A stretch of DNA of 64,000 bases from an uncultured Candidatus Saccharibacteria bacterium (GCA_964577395.1 CAZNYQ010000013.1:6409-70408); one strand, 5' to 3'. Positions 8,765 to 19,952 are shown, numbered from the stretch's first letter. Made by a program: numbers and translations. Notes: generated by a model not told the origin, from the letters alone.

Positions 8765-9997
8765 ATGAAAACGAGTATCTTTTCCAATATTATTAAAAGA
8801 TTGGAAGAAATTCAAAAGATAGAAAGTTTAGAAGATAAAGCTATTAAATTGCTTTCGTCTCCTAAAAAAATTAATTATAAAAAACTAACAGTAAAAAATC
8901 ATAAAATCCCAGCTTGGCGTATTGTGTTTAATGATGCTTTAGGTCCGGGCAAGGGAGGTATTAGATTTCATCCAGATGTCAGCGAAGATGAAGTAAAATC
9001 TCTATCATTCTGGATGATGATTAAAAATTCTTTAGCTGAGCTTCCCTATGGAGGAGCTAAGGGGGGTGTAAAATTTAATCCTAAAGAATTTTCCTTTCAA
9101 GAAATTGAAGAAATAAGCCGAGCATTTATTGATGCTTTTTATGAAAACCTTGGACAAGATAAGGATATTCCAGCCCCAGACGTTTATACAAATCCTCAAG
9201 TGATGGCTTGGATGCTTGATGAGTATGAAAAAATAACAAAACACCACGAGCCAGGTATGATAACTGGTAAACCTCTAGAATTAGGTGGTTGTCAATTAAG
9301 GGGAGATGCAACTGCTAGAGGAGGATTTATTATTGTTCAAGAAGTCATCAAAAAATTTAAATTAAATAAAAAAACTTTAAGAATAGCGATCCAGGGATTT
9401 GGAAACGCTGGATTTTACCTTTCTCAAATGCTAAGTCAGAATAATATTAAAATAGTTGCAGTTAGTGATAGTAAAGGCGGTATTTATAATGATAAAGGAT
9501 TGAATATTAATGAAGTAAGATCAACTAAAGATAAAGAAGGAAATGTTAGTAAATATCCAAAGGGAAAGCAGATCACCAATGAAAAATTACTTGAATTGCC
9601 AGTTGATATACTTATCTTAGCAGCGCTTGAAAATCAGATTACCGAAAGAAATGCAAATAATATTCAGGCTAAATATATTATAGAGATCGCCAATGGACCA
9701 ATTAATTATGAGGCGGATAAGTTATTATTTAAAAAACAAACAATTGTTATTCCTGATATTTTAGCTAATTCAGGTGGAGTAATTGGTAGCTATTTTGAAT
9801 GGGCTCAGAATAGAACAGGTCATGTATTAGATAAAGAATACCTAATAAAGCTCTTAGTTAAGAAAATGACTAATTCTTGGCATGATATGAACGAAGTTTA
9901 TGAAAATCAACACAGGAAAATTAATTTGAGAACTGCTGCTTACATCTTAGCTATTAGGAGAATTTTAGCGGCCGAGAAATTACGAGGTAATTTATAG
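8765..9997 (+). CDS. gdhA: Glu/Leu/Phe/Val dehydrogenase (glutamate dehydrogenase)
   Basis: GPGKGGIRFHP, GGAKGG, DIPAPDV, TGKP, QGFGNAG, PDILANSGGV..SYFEW. Confidence 0.92.
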   Translation: MKTSIFSNIIKRLEEIQKIESLEDKAIKLLSSPKKINYKKLTVKNHKIPAWRIVFNDALGPGKGGIRFHPDVSEDEVKSLSFWMMIKNSLAELPYGGAKGGVKFNPKEFSFQEIEEISRAFIDAFYENLGQDKDIPAPDVYTNPQVMAWMLDEYEKITKHHEPGMITGKPLELGGCQLRGDATARGGFIIVQEVIKKFKLNKKTLRIAIQGFGNAGFYLSQMLSQNNIKIVAVSDSKGGIYNDKGLNINEVRSTKDKEGNVSKYPKGKQITNEKLLELPVDILILAALENQITERNANNIQAKYIIEIANGPINYEADKLLFKKQTIVIPDILANSGGVIGSYFEWAQNRTGHVLDKEYLIKLLVKKMTNSWHDMNEVYENQHRKINLRTAAYILAIRRILAAEKLRGNL

Positions 9998-10006
9998 AAA
10001 GTTTTT

Positions 10007-10057
10007 AAAGTGAAAATTTTACTTATTATGAATGATAGCATGTAGAATTTTCACTTT
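10007..10057 (+). other. long intergenic RNA hairpin between gdhA and trxB (terminator or processing site)
   Basis: AAAGTGAAAATTTTAC/GTAGAATTTTCACTTT 16-bp stem with one G-U pair; additional pairing possible in the loop. Confidence 0.55.
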
Positions 10058-10085
10058 TATTCATTAAACTAGTAAAAATTTAACT

Positions 10086-11027
10086 ATGCACAACATTGAA
10101 CAAGAATATCCTTTAGTTATTATAGGTACTGGTCCAGCTGGCTTAACGGCTTCAATTTATGCTTCTCGATATAAGATTAAACATTTATTAATTGGAGAAG
10201 TTTTAGGGGGGCTGGCCTTTGAAGCGCATAAAATCTGTAATTATCCTAGCGAACAAGAGATTAGAGGATCTCAATTAGTAAATAAAATAAAAGCTAATGC
10301 TGAAAATCTAGGGATGAATATATTAAATGATAAAGTTATTTCTATTACTAAGGAAGATAAGCATCAAGGATTCACAATTAACACACAGGGGAAAAAGAAT
10401 ATCTTAGCTCGTAATATTCTTTTAGCTACAGGCACTAAACATCGTAAATTAAATCTTCCTAGAGAAAAAGAATTTTTAGGTCATGGGATTTCTTATTGTG
10501 CTACATGTGATGCCATGTTTTATAGAGACAGAGAGGTAGTAGTTATTGGCGGAAGTGATAGCGCTAATACTGCTTCTTTATACTTAGCTGAAGTAGCAAA
10601 GAAAGTTTATCAAGTTTATCGTCGTGATAAACTTAGAGGAGACCCTACTTGGGTTAAACAAGTTATGGAAAATGAAAATATTGAGGTTATCTTTAATAAT
10701 CAAATAATAGCACTAGAAGGTAATAATGATTTAGAAAGTGTGGTTTTGGAAAAACCATATAGAGGTAACAATAAGTTAAATATTGATGGTTTCTTTATTG
10801 AAATTGGTACAGTGCCCCAGCAAGATATAATTAAAATATTAGCGCTAGCTACTGATAAAAAAGGCTACATTAAGATTAACGGAGAACAAAAGACCAGTCA
10901 GGCAAATATTTGGGCTGCCGGAGATATCACGAATGGATCAAATAATTTTCGCCAAATTATTACTGCTTGTAGTGAAGCAGCTATTGCCGTAGAAAATATT
11001 TTTACTACCCTGCAACGAGAAAAATAG
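10086..11027 (+). CDS. trxB: thioredoxin-disulfide reductase
   Basis: IIGTGPAGLTA FAD motif, SYCATCD redox motif, GGSDSA, AAGD. Confidence 0.92.
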   Translation: MHNIEQEYPLVIIGTGPAGLTASIYASRYKIKHLLIGEVLGGLAFEAHKICNYPSEQEIRGSQLVNKIKANAENLGMNILNDKVISITKEDKHQGFTINTQGKKNILARNILLATGTKHRKLNLPREKEFLGHGISYCATCDAMFYRDREVVVIGGSDSANTASLYLAEVAKKVYQVYRRDKLRGDPTWVKQVMENENIEVIFNNQIIALEGNNDLESVVLEKPYRGNNKLNIDGFFIEIGTVPQQDIIKILALATDKKGYIKINGEQKTSQANIWAAGDITNGSNNFRQIITACSEAAIAVENIFTTLQREK

Positions 11028-11050
11028 AAAAAATAAAAAAAGATATTACT

Positions 11051-11080
11051 AAAAAAGCCCCTGAAATAGAGGGCTTTTTT
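11051..11080. terminator. bidirectional intrinsic terminator (trxB/hup)
   Basis: AAAAAAGCCC..GGGCTTTTTT between convergent genes. Confidence 0.8.
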
Positions 11081-11132
11081 AGGTATGTTCCAAAGGAACA
11101 TTAAGAGGTTGTTTTTGACATTGAAACTGTTC

Positions 11133-11405
11133 TTATTTGACAGCTTCTTTAAGACCTTTACCAGCTTTAAATTTAGGAACAGTTGCAGCAGGAATTTGAA
11201 TAGTAGCACCAGTTTGTGGATTACGGCCGGTGCGAGCTTTTCTCTTGTAAGTTTTGAAGGTGCCAAAGCCTGTGAAAGTAATGCTATCACCTTGCTTAAG
11301 GGCACCAGTAATAGATTCTAAAATAGCATCAATGCATTTTTTTGTTTGGGTCTTAGGAAGACCGGCTTTAGCCGCAACTTTGTCAATAAGAGCTTGTTTA
11401 GTCAT
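11133..11405 (-). CDS. hup: HU family DNA-binding protein
   Basis: GFGTF..RKARTGRNPQTG..IPA..VPKFKAGK; SD-like AAAGGGGGTG upstream. Confidence 0.96.
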   Translation of the reverse strand: MTKQALIDKVAAKAGLPKTQTKKCIDAILESITGALKQGDSITFTGFGTFKTYKRKARTGRNPQTGATIQIPAATVPKFKAGKGLKEAVK

Positions 11406-11467
11406 TTAGTTCACCCCCTTTCATAGGTTTCCTGACAAAGCCAGGAATGTTATAAATAATTAGTTAG

Positions 11468-12988
11468 TTATTTAGCGTATTCAATAGCACGTGTTTCCCG
11501 AATGACATTTACTTTAATTTCTCCGGGATAAGTCATGTTTTCTTCAATTTTATTAGCTATTTTTCGTGCCAATTTGTAAGCATCAAGATCGCTAATCTGT
11601 TCGGTGTCTACAAAAACACGAATTTCTCTGCCAGCTTGAATAGCGTAGGTCTTTTTCACGCCATCAAAGGTATTGCTGAGATTTTCTAATTCCTCTAAAC
11701 GTTTAATATAAGCTTCGTAATTTTCTCTTCTTACACCAGGACGAGATGCTGATAAAGCATCAGCTACTTGAACAAGACGTGATTCTAGGTTAACGAAAGG
11801 ATAATCTTCATGATGGGCGATTACAGCATCAATAACATCTTTATTAATATTGAATTTTTCAAGAATTTTTTTACCAATCTCAACATGTGAACCTTCAACT
11901 TCGTGACTGACTGCCTTGCCTATGTCGTGTAATAATCCTGCTTTTTTTGCAACAGTTACATCTCCACCAAGTTCTTCAGCTAGGATTGCAGCCATATGAG
12001 CAACTTCAAGAGAATGGCGTAATATATTTTGACCGAAGCTAGTTCTAAAATGGAGCATGCCAATCAAGTTAACTAGTTGAGGGTCAAATTCGGTAATACC
12101 TAATTCATAGACAGCATCTTCACCTAGTTGGTGGATTTTTTCAGAGAATTCTTTTTTAACTTTTTCCACCGTTTCTTCAATACGAGCTGGTTGAATGCGA
12201 CCGTCCATGATTAGTCTTTCAAGAACAACTTTTGCAATGTGGCGTCTGAGAGGATTAAAGGAAGATATAACAACCGCATCAGGCGTTTCATCAATAATTA
12301 ATTCTACTCCCGTAGCTTTTTGAAAAGCACGAATATTTCTACCCTCTTTTCCAATGATGCGTCCTTTGAGATCTTCATCCTTTAAGGTAACTGTGGTAGT
12401 GGTAAATTCTTCCGCTTGAGAAGCAGCAATTCTTTGCATTGCCTGAGCAATCATATCAGCAGCTTTATTGTTAATTTCTTCTTGCTTATTTTTCTCAAGT
12501 TTTTTAGTAAGATCTAATAGATCTTCCTGAGACTCTTTTTCAACAATTTTTAAGAGTCTTTCCCTTGCTTTTTTAGGTGTTAATTTAGCAGTTTCTTGAA
12601 GCTTTTTTTGAACGTTTTCCTGTAATTCTTTAACATTCTTTTGAATGTCTTTGATCTTAGTAACTTTTTCTAAGAGTTGTTTCTTTTGTTCTTCAACAGC
12701 AGTAATTTGTTTTTCAATTCTTTCTTCCCTTAAAACCAGTCTTTCTTCCTGCCTGTTGAGTTGTTGTTGTCTTTCTTTTTCTTCTTGCTTAGCTTTTTCT
12801 AGAGTATTCAAGGCTTTGTCTTTTGCCTTGAGAATTACTTGCTGAGCTTCATTTTTAGCATTTTTGATTAGTTCATTAGCGCGTTTTTCGCTAGAACCGA
12901 TTTTACGTTGAGCTATCCAATGACGGAATAAGTAACCTGCTAAAATTCCTAGCACAACCGTCATAACAATGAAATAGTAGCTTTCCAT
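11468..12988 (-). CDS. rny: ribonuclease Y
   Basis: N-terminal TM, coiled coil, KH domain (KGRIIGKEGRNIR), HD domain (LLHDIGK). Confidence 0.96.
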   Translation of the reverse strand: MESYYFIVMTVVLGILAGYLFRHWIAQRKIGSSEKRANELIKNAKNEAQQVILKAKDKALNTLEKAKQEEKERQQQLNRQEERLVLREERIEKQITAVEEQKKQLLEKVTKIKDIQKNVKELQENVQKKLQETAKLTPKKARERLLKIVEKESQEDLLDLTKKLEKNKQEEINNKAADMIAQAMQRIAASQAEEFTTTTVTLKDEDLKGRIIGKEGRNIRAFQKATGVELIIDETPDAVVISSFNPLRRHIAKVVLERLIMDGRIQPARIEETVEKVKKEFSEKIHQLGEDAVYELGITEFDPQLVNLIGMLHFRTSFGQNILRHSLEVAHMAAILAEELGGDVTVAKKAGLLHDIGKAVSHEVEGSHVEIGKKILEKFNINKDVIDAVIAHHEDYPFVNLESRLVQVADALSASRPGVRRENYEAYIKRLEELENLSNTFDGVKKTYAIQAGREIRVFVDTEQISDLDAYKLARKIANKIEENMTYPGEIKVNVIRETRAIEYAK

Positions 12989-13040
12989 GGATTTTTAAAT
13001 CGTATTTTTAACTAAACTACCTAAAATGTAAGAGAACTGC

Positions 13041-13625
13041 CTATGTTTTCTTTTGAATTATTTTATCGATCAAGCCGTATTTAATAGCCTCTTTAGCGGA
13101 TAAGTAAAAATCTCTATCTGTGTCTTTCTCAACTTTTTTTAGATTTTGTTTTGTATGGTGTGCTAAAATTTTATTGATCCTTTCTTTTGTATTAAGAATA
13201 TGTTGTGCTGAAATAGCAATATCAGAAGCTTGTCCTTTAACACCGCCCATTACTTGATGCAACATAGCTTCTGCATTTGGCAACATAAAACGTTTACCTT
13301 TTGTACCTGATGCTAAGAGTAAGGCGGCAGCTGAAGCAGCTAAGCCAGTGCAAATTGTTGCAATATCACACTTAACATACTGTAAGGTATCATAAATAGC
13401 CAAAGCAGAAGTAATCATGCCGCCCGGGCTATTAATATATAACTTAATATCTTTTTTAGCATCTTGACTTTCTAAAAAAAGAAGTTGAGCAATGACAATA
13501 TTGGCAACATTATCATCAATAGGTCCGCCAATGAAAATGATCCTTTCTTTTAAGAGGCGAGAATAAATGTCATAAGCTCTTTCTCCACGGCGTGTTTTTT
13601 CAATAACTGTAGGAATAAGATTCAT
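13041..13625 (-). CDS. clpP: ATP-dependent Clp protease proteolytic subunit
   Basis: [33 protein letters not shown]. Confidence 0.96.
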   Translation of the reverse strand: MNLIPTVIEKTRRGERAYDIYSRLLKERIIFIGGPIDDNVANIVIAQLLFLESQDAKKDIKLYINSPGGMITSALAIYDTLQYVKCDIATICTGLAASAAALLLASGTKGKRFMLPNAEAMLHQVMGGVKGQASDIAISAQHILNTKERINKILAHHTKQNLKKVEKDTDRDFYLSAKEAIKYGLIDKIIQKKT

Positions 13626-13648
13626 GGGATTGTAGTTTAGCTAAAAAT

Positions 13649-14932
13649 TTAAACACAAATATTTTTATCTAAAAGCCAATTGATAACTTTTTGATTAGTT
13701 AAGTATTGAAAAGTATAACTCCTCAAAGCGTCAAAGTCAATATCCTGCGGTGATTTTTGAAAATTCTCTGATTTTTTCAATCGTTCATTTATATGTTTTT
13801 GTACTTCTTCTTGTACCGGAAAGAGCTTCTCCTTTTTAGCGATCTCGTTAATTACAAAGGCTGACTCTAACTGTTCTTGGGCTTGTTTTTGGAAATTATT
13901 ATCAAGCTCTTTTTGAGTGATATTAATTTTTTTAAGATAACTTTCGGGATCAATTTTTTTGTCTTTTAATTGCTGTTTAAAATTATTGGCTATTCGCTCT
14001 TTCTCTTTTTCAATCAAAAACGGAGAAATAGCTATTTGACTATCTTGAATAATTTTTTTTAAGACTTCTTCTTGAGTTTTCTTTTGATTTGCTTGACGTT
14101 TTTCTTGCGCAAGACCTTTTTTCAAAGAATCTTTTAATTGCTTAAGGGTCTTAAAGTTACCTAGAGATTGGGCAAATTTATCATCCAATTTAGGTAATTC
14201 AACGGCTGAAACAGAGTTTATCTTTACTTTAAAATCAATTTTTTTGCCCTTAAATTCTTCCTGAGGCCATGTATTAGCAAAGTTAATAGAGAAAGATTTT
14301 TGATCTTTCTCTTTCATTCCAATAAGTTGTTTTTCAAAATCTTTATGTAATTTGCTTTCTCCTAATCTTAAAGGGTAATGTTGAGTAGATCCTTGAGGTA
14401 TTTTTTTATCTTTATGGTAAGCATCATAATCAATATCTAATTGATCTCCTTTTTTAGCAGTCCTGGAAACTGTTTTAAACTTAGCGCGTGATTGCTTAAG
14501 AAAATTTAACGCTTTTTCTATTTCTTGATTACTAACATTAATTTTTTCTTTTTTAATTTTTAGATCTGTGTATTTACCTAGGGATATATTAGGATAAGGA
14601 GTAATGAGAACTTCACATTTAAAACTATTACCTAAAGCAGAACTTAAAATTTTAATTTCTGGTCTAAGAGCAGGACGAAGTTCTTTTTCTTGCTGAAGAA
14701 CTTGTTTTAGAGCTTTTTGAGCTACAATTTGCTCATATGAAGCAAACAAACGATCGCTTGCATTTTTTTTAATAATATTTTCAGGAGCTTTGCCTTGTCG
14801 AAATCCTTTTTGATTGAAATTATTTTGGACATCTTTTAAGGCAGTTTTATATGCATCCTGACATTCTTGACTAGAAAGATTAACTTGAAATTTTATTTGG
14901 CCATTTGATTGAGTATCTTTTTTAATTTCCAT
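13649..14932 (-). CDS. tig: trigger factor
   Basis: GFRQGKAP ribosome-binding motif; FKBP-like middle domain; adjacent to clpP. Confidence 0.92.
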   Translation of the reverse strand: MEIKKDTQSNGQIKFQVNLSSQECQDAYKTALKDVQNNFNQKGFRQGKAPENIIKKNASDRLFASYEQIVAQKALKQVLQQEKELRPALRPEIKILSSALGNSFKCEVLITPYPNISLGKYTDLKIKKEKINVSNQEIEKALNFLKQSRAKFKTVSRTAKKGDQLDIDYDAYHKDKKIPQGSTQHYPLRLGESKLHKDFEKQLIGMKEKDQKSFSINFANTWPQEEFKGKKIDFKVKINSVSAVELPKLDDKFAQSLGNFKTLKQLKDSLKKGLAQEKRQANQKKTQEEVLKKIIQDSQIAISPFLIEKEKERIANNFKQQLKDKKIDPESYLKKINITQKELDNNFQKQAQEQLESAFVINEIAKKEKLFPVQEEVQKHINERLKKSENFQKSPQDIDFDALRSYTFQYLTNQKVINWLLDKNICV

Positions 14933-14934
14933 AA

Positions 14935-16896
14935 TTAGAGTAGGGGAGCAATAATAAGAGCAATAATTGACATCAATTTAATAAGAATATTAAGTGAAGG
15001 GCCGGAAGTGTCTTTAAAAGGATCTCCCACAGTATCTCCTACTACAGCTGCTTTATGTGTTTCTGATCCTTTGCCTCCCAGATTACCAGCTTCAATATAT
15101 TTTTTAGCATTATCCCAGCTGCCACCTGCATTAGCCATCATAACTGCTAAGAGAAAGCCAGTCATAACAGATCCCATCAAAAGTCCTCCTAAAGCTTCTG
15201 CTCCTAAAATATATCCTATTAAGATGGGGCTAATCATGGCTAAGAAAGATGGAAGAATCATTTGTTTTAGAGCTGAATTAGTAGAAATAGAGACGCATTT
15301 TTTATAGTCTGCCTTCGCCTTTCCTTCTGCTAGACCTTTAATTTCTTTAAACTGACGTCTTGCTTCACGAACAATACTAAAGGCACTTTTTCCGACAGCC
15401 CTTAAAGTAAAAGAGCAAAAAAGAAAAGGTAATAAAGCTCCTAACAAGAGGCCAATCATTACATTAGTTTGTAATAAATTTAGCATATCTAGACCTACTA
15501 GCTTAGCATAGCTAACCGTTAACACTAGAGCAGTTAGGGCAGCAGATCCAACAGCAAAACCTTTACCAATAGCAGCGGTAGTATTTCCTACGGCATCTAG
15601 AGCTTCGGTGCGACGCCTTACCTTTTTCCCCATATGAGCCATTTCGGCAATACCAGCGGCATTATCTGCAACAGGACCGTAGCTATCTGTTGCTAAAGTG
15701 ATACCTAGAGTAGAAAGCATGCCAACAGCTGCAATAGCAATGCCATAGAGACCAGCAAAGTAGGAAGATAATGTAATAGCAATAGCGACTACTAAAACTG
15801 GAATAAAAGTGCTTAACATTCCAGAAGAAAGTCCTTCAATAATATTAGTGGCTGGGCCTCCTTGAGAAGCTTTTGCAATATTTTGAGTAGGTTTAAAACG
15901 ATCGGACGTAAAGTATTCTGTGACAAGCCCAATAGTTAGACCCGAGAAAAGACCGATTATGATGGGCCAAAGATAGTTAAGGCCCATGTCAAAATACCCA
16001 ACAAGGAAGTAGCTTAAGACAATAGTAATAAACGCAGCGCTGAATATTCCAATATTGAGAATTTTATGAGGCTTGCCTTTCTTAAGTATGCTAATAATTA
16101 GGTATCCTATAATACTAGCGATAATACCTATACTGGCTATCAGGAGAGGAAAAACTACTGCCTTAGGAACTGTTATCAAAAGAGTTGTCCCCAAAACCAT
16201 TGCAGCAATGATTGAATCAACGTAACTTTCAAAAAGATCAGCTCCCATACCGGCAACATCACCCACATTATCACCCACATTGTCTGCGATAACAGCGGGA
16301 TTACGAGGGTCATCCTCAGGAATACTTTTTTCAATCTTGCCTACTAAATCAGCACCCACGTCAGCGCTTTTTGTATAGATACCGCCGCCGACTCTAGCAA
16401 AAAGAGCAATAGAAGAAGCACCAAATCCAAAACCATAGATTATTTGAGGATCCTTAAAAATAAGATATAAAACAGTAACTCCCAGAAGACCTAAGCTAAC
16501 AACGCTTAGACCCATAATAGTCCCAGAACTCAAGGCAATTTTTAATGCTTTATTAAGACTACTTTTGGCCGCCCAAGCAGTTCTAACGTTACCTCGAGTA
16601 GCAATATGCATTCCTAAATTGCCAGCTGCTGCAGACAAGAAAGCACCAGCAAGAAAAGCAAGTGTTACCTGATAACTAATATTACTTAGGAATGTCAGAA
16701 TAAGAGCAACTAAAATTACAAAAACAGCCATAATTTTATATTCTTGCTTTAGAAAAGCTAAGGAACCTTCATGAATAGCATGAGCTATTTCTTTAACTTC
16801 TTTTTTTCCACTTGGCTGTTTAATTATTTGAATAATAAGTCCTGTAACAAAAACTAGTGCGATAATACTAGTAAATAATGGAGCATAGCTAGACAT
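14935..16896 (-). CDS. hppA: membrane pyrophosphatase, K+-dependent (probably Na+-translocating)
   Basis: [33 protein letters not shown] (Ala form indicates K+ dependence), [14 protein letters not shown]. Confidence 0.93.
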   Translation of the reverse strand: MSSYAPLFTSIIALVFVTGLIIQIIKQPSGKKEVKEIAHAIHEGSLAFLKQEYKIMAVFVILVALILTFLSNISYQVTLAFLAGAFLSAAAGNLGMHIATRGNVRTAWAAKSSLNKALKIALSSGTIMGLSVVSLGLLGVTVLYLIFKDPQIIYGFGFGASSIALFARVGGGIYTKSADVGADLVGKIEKSIPEDDPRNPAVIADNVGDNVGDVAGMGADLFESYVDSIIAAMVLGTTLLITVPKAVVFPLLIASIGIIASIIGYLIISILKKGKPHKILNIGIFSAAFITIVLSYFLVGYFDMGLNYLWPIIIGLFSGLTIGLVTEYFTSDRFKPTQNIAKASQGGPATNIIEGLSSGMLSTFIPVLVVAIAITLSSYFAGLYGIAIAAVGMLSTLGITLATDSYGPVADNAAGIAEMAHMGKKVRRRTEALDAVGNTTAAIGKGFAVGSAALTALVLTVSYAKLVGLDMLNLLQTNVMIGLLLGALLPFLFCSFTLRAVGKSAFSIVREARRQFKEIKGLAEGKAKADYKKCVSISTNSALKQMILPSFLAMISPILIGYILGAEALGGLLMGSVMTGFLLAVMMANAGGSWDNAKKYIEAGNLGGKGSETHKAAVVGDTVGDPFKDTSGPSLNILIKLMSIIALIIAPLL

Positions 16897-16912
16897 ATTT
16901 AAAAAACACAGA

Positions 16913-18082
16913 TTATTTTTTACTCTTCTTTTTAGAAGAAGCTTTGTTTTGCTCTACTTTTTTCTTTGATGTTTTTTTTGATTTTTCTTTTGGCTCTTGT
17001 TTGGTTTTTTCTTCTTGTTTTTCGTTTGTTGTAACATCAATTTTCCAACCAGTTAATTTAGCAGCTAATCTAACATTTTGACCTTCTTTTCCGATAGCAA
17101 GAGATAACTGGTCTGATGCGACAATAACCGTTGCTTCTTTATTCTTTTCATTGAGTTTGACATCTAAAACTTTAGCGGGAGACAGAGCATTAGAAATAAA
17201 TTTATTTGTATCACTTGACCAGAGAACAATATCAATGTTTTCTCCGTTTAATTCATTAATAACAGCTGATATCCTTGTTCCTTGTTGGCCTACGCATGCA
17301 CCAATAGGATCAATACCTTCTTCTTCCGAGGTAACGGCAATTTTTGATCTTTTACCAGCTTCACGAGCAATAGCTTTAATTTCGACATCATTATTAGTGA
17401 TTTCTGGAACCTCTAATTCAAGTAATTTAAATAAAAATTCCACTCTTTTACGTGATAAGAATATAACAGGACCACGACTTTCTTCCCTAACACTTAAGAG
17501 TAATACTCTAAGTCTTTGACCGGAGTTGTAATGCTCGTTAGGAATTTGCTCTTGAGGCGGTAAAATACCATTTGTTCTGCCAATATCAAGGAATATAGTT
17601 CCTTTTTCTTGTCTTTGGACAATTCCACTAATAGCTTCACCTTCTTTTTCTTTATATTCACTGAAAGTTAAATCTCTCTCAACCTCTTTAATTTTTTGAA
17701 TAATAACTTGTTTAGCAGTTTGAGTAGCAATTCTACCGTAATTATCTTTGTTTTTTAATAAAGAAATTTTAATGATATCTCCGACTTTAGCTGTCTTTTT
17801 TTTCTTCTTAGCATCTTCTAGCATGACTTGTTTTTTAGGATTGAACTTTTTCTCTTCTTCTTCAAGAGTTTTTTCGTCTACGACGGTTAATTCTTGCCAT
17901 ATTTTCGATTTACCGGTCTCAGGATCAAGAGTTGCTTTTACCTTACATCCCTGCAGATCATTTTCTTTTTTATAAGCAGCAGCAATAGCAAACTCAACTG
18001 TTTCTTGAATGCGGTCTTTAGGAATATTTTTTTCAGCAGCTAATTGTTCAACTGCCATAAGAAATTGTTTAATATCAAACAT
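16913..18082 (-). CDS. nusA: transcription termination/antitermination factor NusA
   Basis: GRIATQTAKQ, EVPEI, AREAG.RSKIAV, IGKEGQNVRLAAKLTGWKID. Confidence 0.96.
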   Translation of the reverse strand: MFDIKQFLMAVEQLAAEKNIPKDRIQETVEFAIAAAYKKENDLQGCKVKATLDPETGKSKIWQELTVVDEKTLEEEEKKFNPKKQVMLEDAKKKKKTAKVGDIIKISLLKNKDNYGRIATQTAKQVIIQKIKEVERDLTFSEYKEKEGEAISGIVQRQEKGTIFLDIGRTNGILPPQEQIPNEHYNSGQRLRVLLLSVREESRGPVIFLSRKRVEFLFKLLELEVPEITNNDVEIKAIAREAGKRSKIAVTSEEEGIDPIGACVGQQGTRISAVINELNGENIDIVLWSSDTNKFISNALSPAKVLDVKLNEKNKEATVIVASDQLSLAIGKEGQNVRLAAKLTGWKIDVTTNEKQEEKTKQEPKEKSKKTSKKKVEQNKASSKKKSKK

Positions 18083-18282
18083 GTTTTATATATATAATAA
18101 AAAAAATTATTGTTTTTCAAATATTAAGTATAACAAGAATAAAAGGTCTGTCAATGCAATCAATGCTTTTAGAAGAGCAATTTTCTTTGTTAATTTTTAA
18201 CTAGTAAATTTAGAAATTATTTTTTTTAAAGCTAACTTAAGTTTTATCTATTTTGATAATTTTTAAGTATATTTTTTACAAA

Positions 18283-19890
18283 CTAAAACCCCATGATAAC
18301 GCCACTGGCAATATTTTCAGCATGATCAGAAACTCTTTCTAGGTTAGAAATAATTTCTAAATATATGGGGCCTGCTTCTGATTGACAACGTTCTTTTCTT
18401 AATCTTTTATAATGGTTTTTCTTCATTTTATCTTCTAACTGATTAACCTGTTTTTCTAAAGCTAAAGTTCTTTGAGCTATTTTTGGGTTGTTCTTTTCTA
18501 AGGATTTTATAGCACTGGAGAAAGAATCAAAAGCTTTGGAAAATATGATTTCTAGATCTTTTTTAGCCGAAACTGAAAAAGCTATTTTATGTTTTGATTT
18601 AAATTCTGCTATTTCTGCCAGATTATTGGCATGGTCAGCTACCCTTTCAATATCAGTTATACCATGAAGGAGAGTAGTTAGTTTTTCAGATCCTTTTTGA
18701 GAAATAGCTTGAGTAGAGATTTTCGCCAGGTAGTTATCTAAAAGATGATGAAGTTCATCTACGCTTGCTTCTTTTTCTTTAACTACATGAATTAAATTTT
18801 TATTTCCGTTAAAAATTGTTTTTTGTGACTCTACTAACATTTCTTTAGTAATCTGAGCCATACGTAAAACTTCTTTTTGAGCTTGTAATATTGCTAAATT
18901 AGGAATATTAAGGATCTTATCATCCAAAAATTTAATTCCTCTTTCAATTTTTACTATTTTACCGGGGATGATTTTTTGAACTAAGTTTTTTAAAGGTTTA
19001 GTTAAAGGAATAGCAGTTAAAGTAACAATAACGTTAAAGATCGTATGAGCGTTAGCAATTTGACGTCCTAAATCATTGCTAGTTAAGTCAACAATACGGC
19101 TAAATGGTAGAAGGAAAAGAGCAAAAATTGCTACTCCTGAAATATTAACAGTTAATTGAGCAGCCGAGAGTCTCTTAGCTGATTTACAAGATTTAAGAGA
19201 GGCAAAAAAACCAGTAATACAAGTACCAATATTAGCTCCCAGCATTAAAGCGATAGCTGCTGGAAGAGTAATAACACCTTCTATTCCCATGGCAATGATT
19301 AGACCAATGGTAGCGGAGCTTGATTGAACGATCGAGGTAAAAAAAGCGCCAGCTAAAATACCAAGAATAGCAGTTTGGCCAAAACTCCTCAACATATTAA
19401 TAAGAAAAGGTATGTCTTTAAGAGCTTTGGTTCCTTGAGACATTGTTTGGATTCCTAAAAATAAAATACCAAAACCTAGAATGATTTGTCCTACATACTG
19501 AATTTTCCTATTTTTAAAAAAGAACAATAATAAACAACCCAAAGCAATTAAAGGAAAATAGTAAAGACCAATTTTAAAAGCTACTACTTGAGCAGTGACC
19601 GTAGTGCCAATTTCTGCTCCCAGCATGACACCTATAGATTGTTCTAAATTCAGCAAACCGGCGTTTAAGAGACCGATTAAAGTTATTACTGTAATACTAG
19701 AGCTTTGGATTATTGCGGTTGTTAAAGCTCCTAAACCGGCTCCTCTCAGCGGATTTTTAGTTAATTTTTTAAGGATATCTCGAAGTTTTCTGAAAAAAAC
19801 TTTTTTGAATCCAGTACTTAAAATAAATAAACCATATAAAAACAGAGCCAGTCCTCCTAAGATGTTAAAAATGATTAGAGTCGTATCCAT
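18283..19890 (-). CDS. Na/Pi cotransporter family protein with C-terminal PhoU domains
   Basis: Two QSSS repeats, GAEIGTT/GANIGT, two ERV(A/S)DHA PhoU motifs. Confidence 0.9.
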   Translation of the reverse strand: MDTTLIIFNILGGLALFLYGLFILSTGFKKVFFRKLRDILKKLTKNPLRGAGLGALTTAIIQSSSITVITLIGLLNAGLLNLEQSIGVMLGAEIGTTVTAQVVAFKIGLYYFPLIALGCLLLFFFKNRKIQYVGQIILGFGILFLGIQTMSQGTKALKDIPFLINMLRSFGQTAILGILAGAFFTSIVQSSSATIGLIIAMGIEGVITLPAAIALMLGANIGTCITGFFASLKSCKSAKRLSAAQLTVNISGVAIFALFLLPFSRIVDLTSNDLGRQIANAHTIFNVIVTLTAIPLTKPLKNLVQKIIPGKIVKIERGIKFLDDKILNIPNLAILQAQKEVLRMAQITKEMLVESQKTIFNGNKNLIHVVKEKEASVDELHHLLDNYLAKISTQAISQKGSEKLTTLLHGITDIERVADHANNLAEIAEFKSKHKIAFSVSAKKDLEIIFSKAFDSFSSAIKSLEKNNPKIAQRTLALEKQVNQLEDKMKKNHYKRLRKERCQSEAGPIYLEIISNLERVSDHAENIASGVIMGF

Positions 19891-19952
19891 AAAAAAAAGA
19901 GAGTAAAACTTTATATTAATTATTTCTCAGGCACGGGTTTATATACCTTAAG

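Noticed and set aside
10898-11321. Alternative-frame and antisense ORFs in the track (e.g. 10898-11305, 11085-11321, 15008-15307, 17151-17519, 43605-43994, 54843-55288)
   Set aside because: They are shadows of well-supported genes and show no recognisable motifs.
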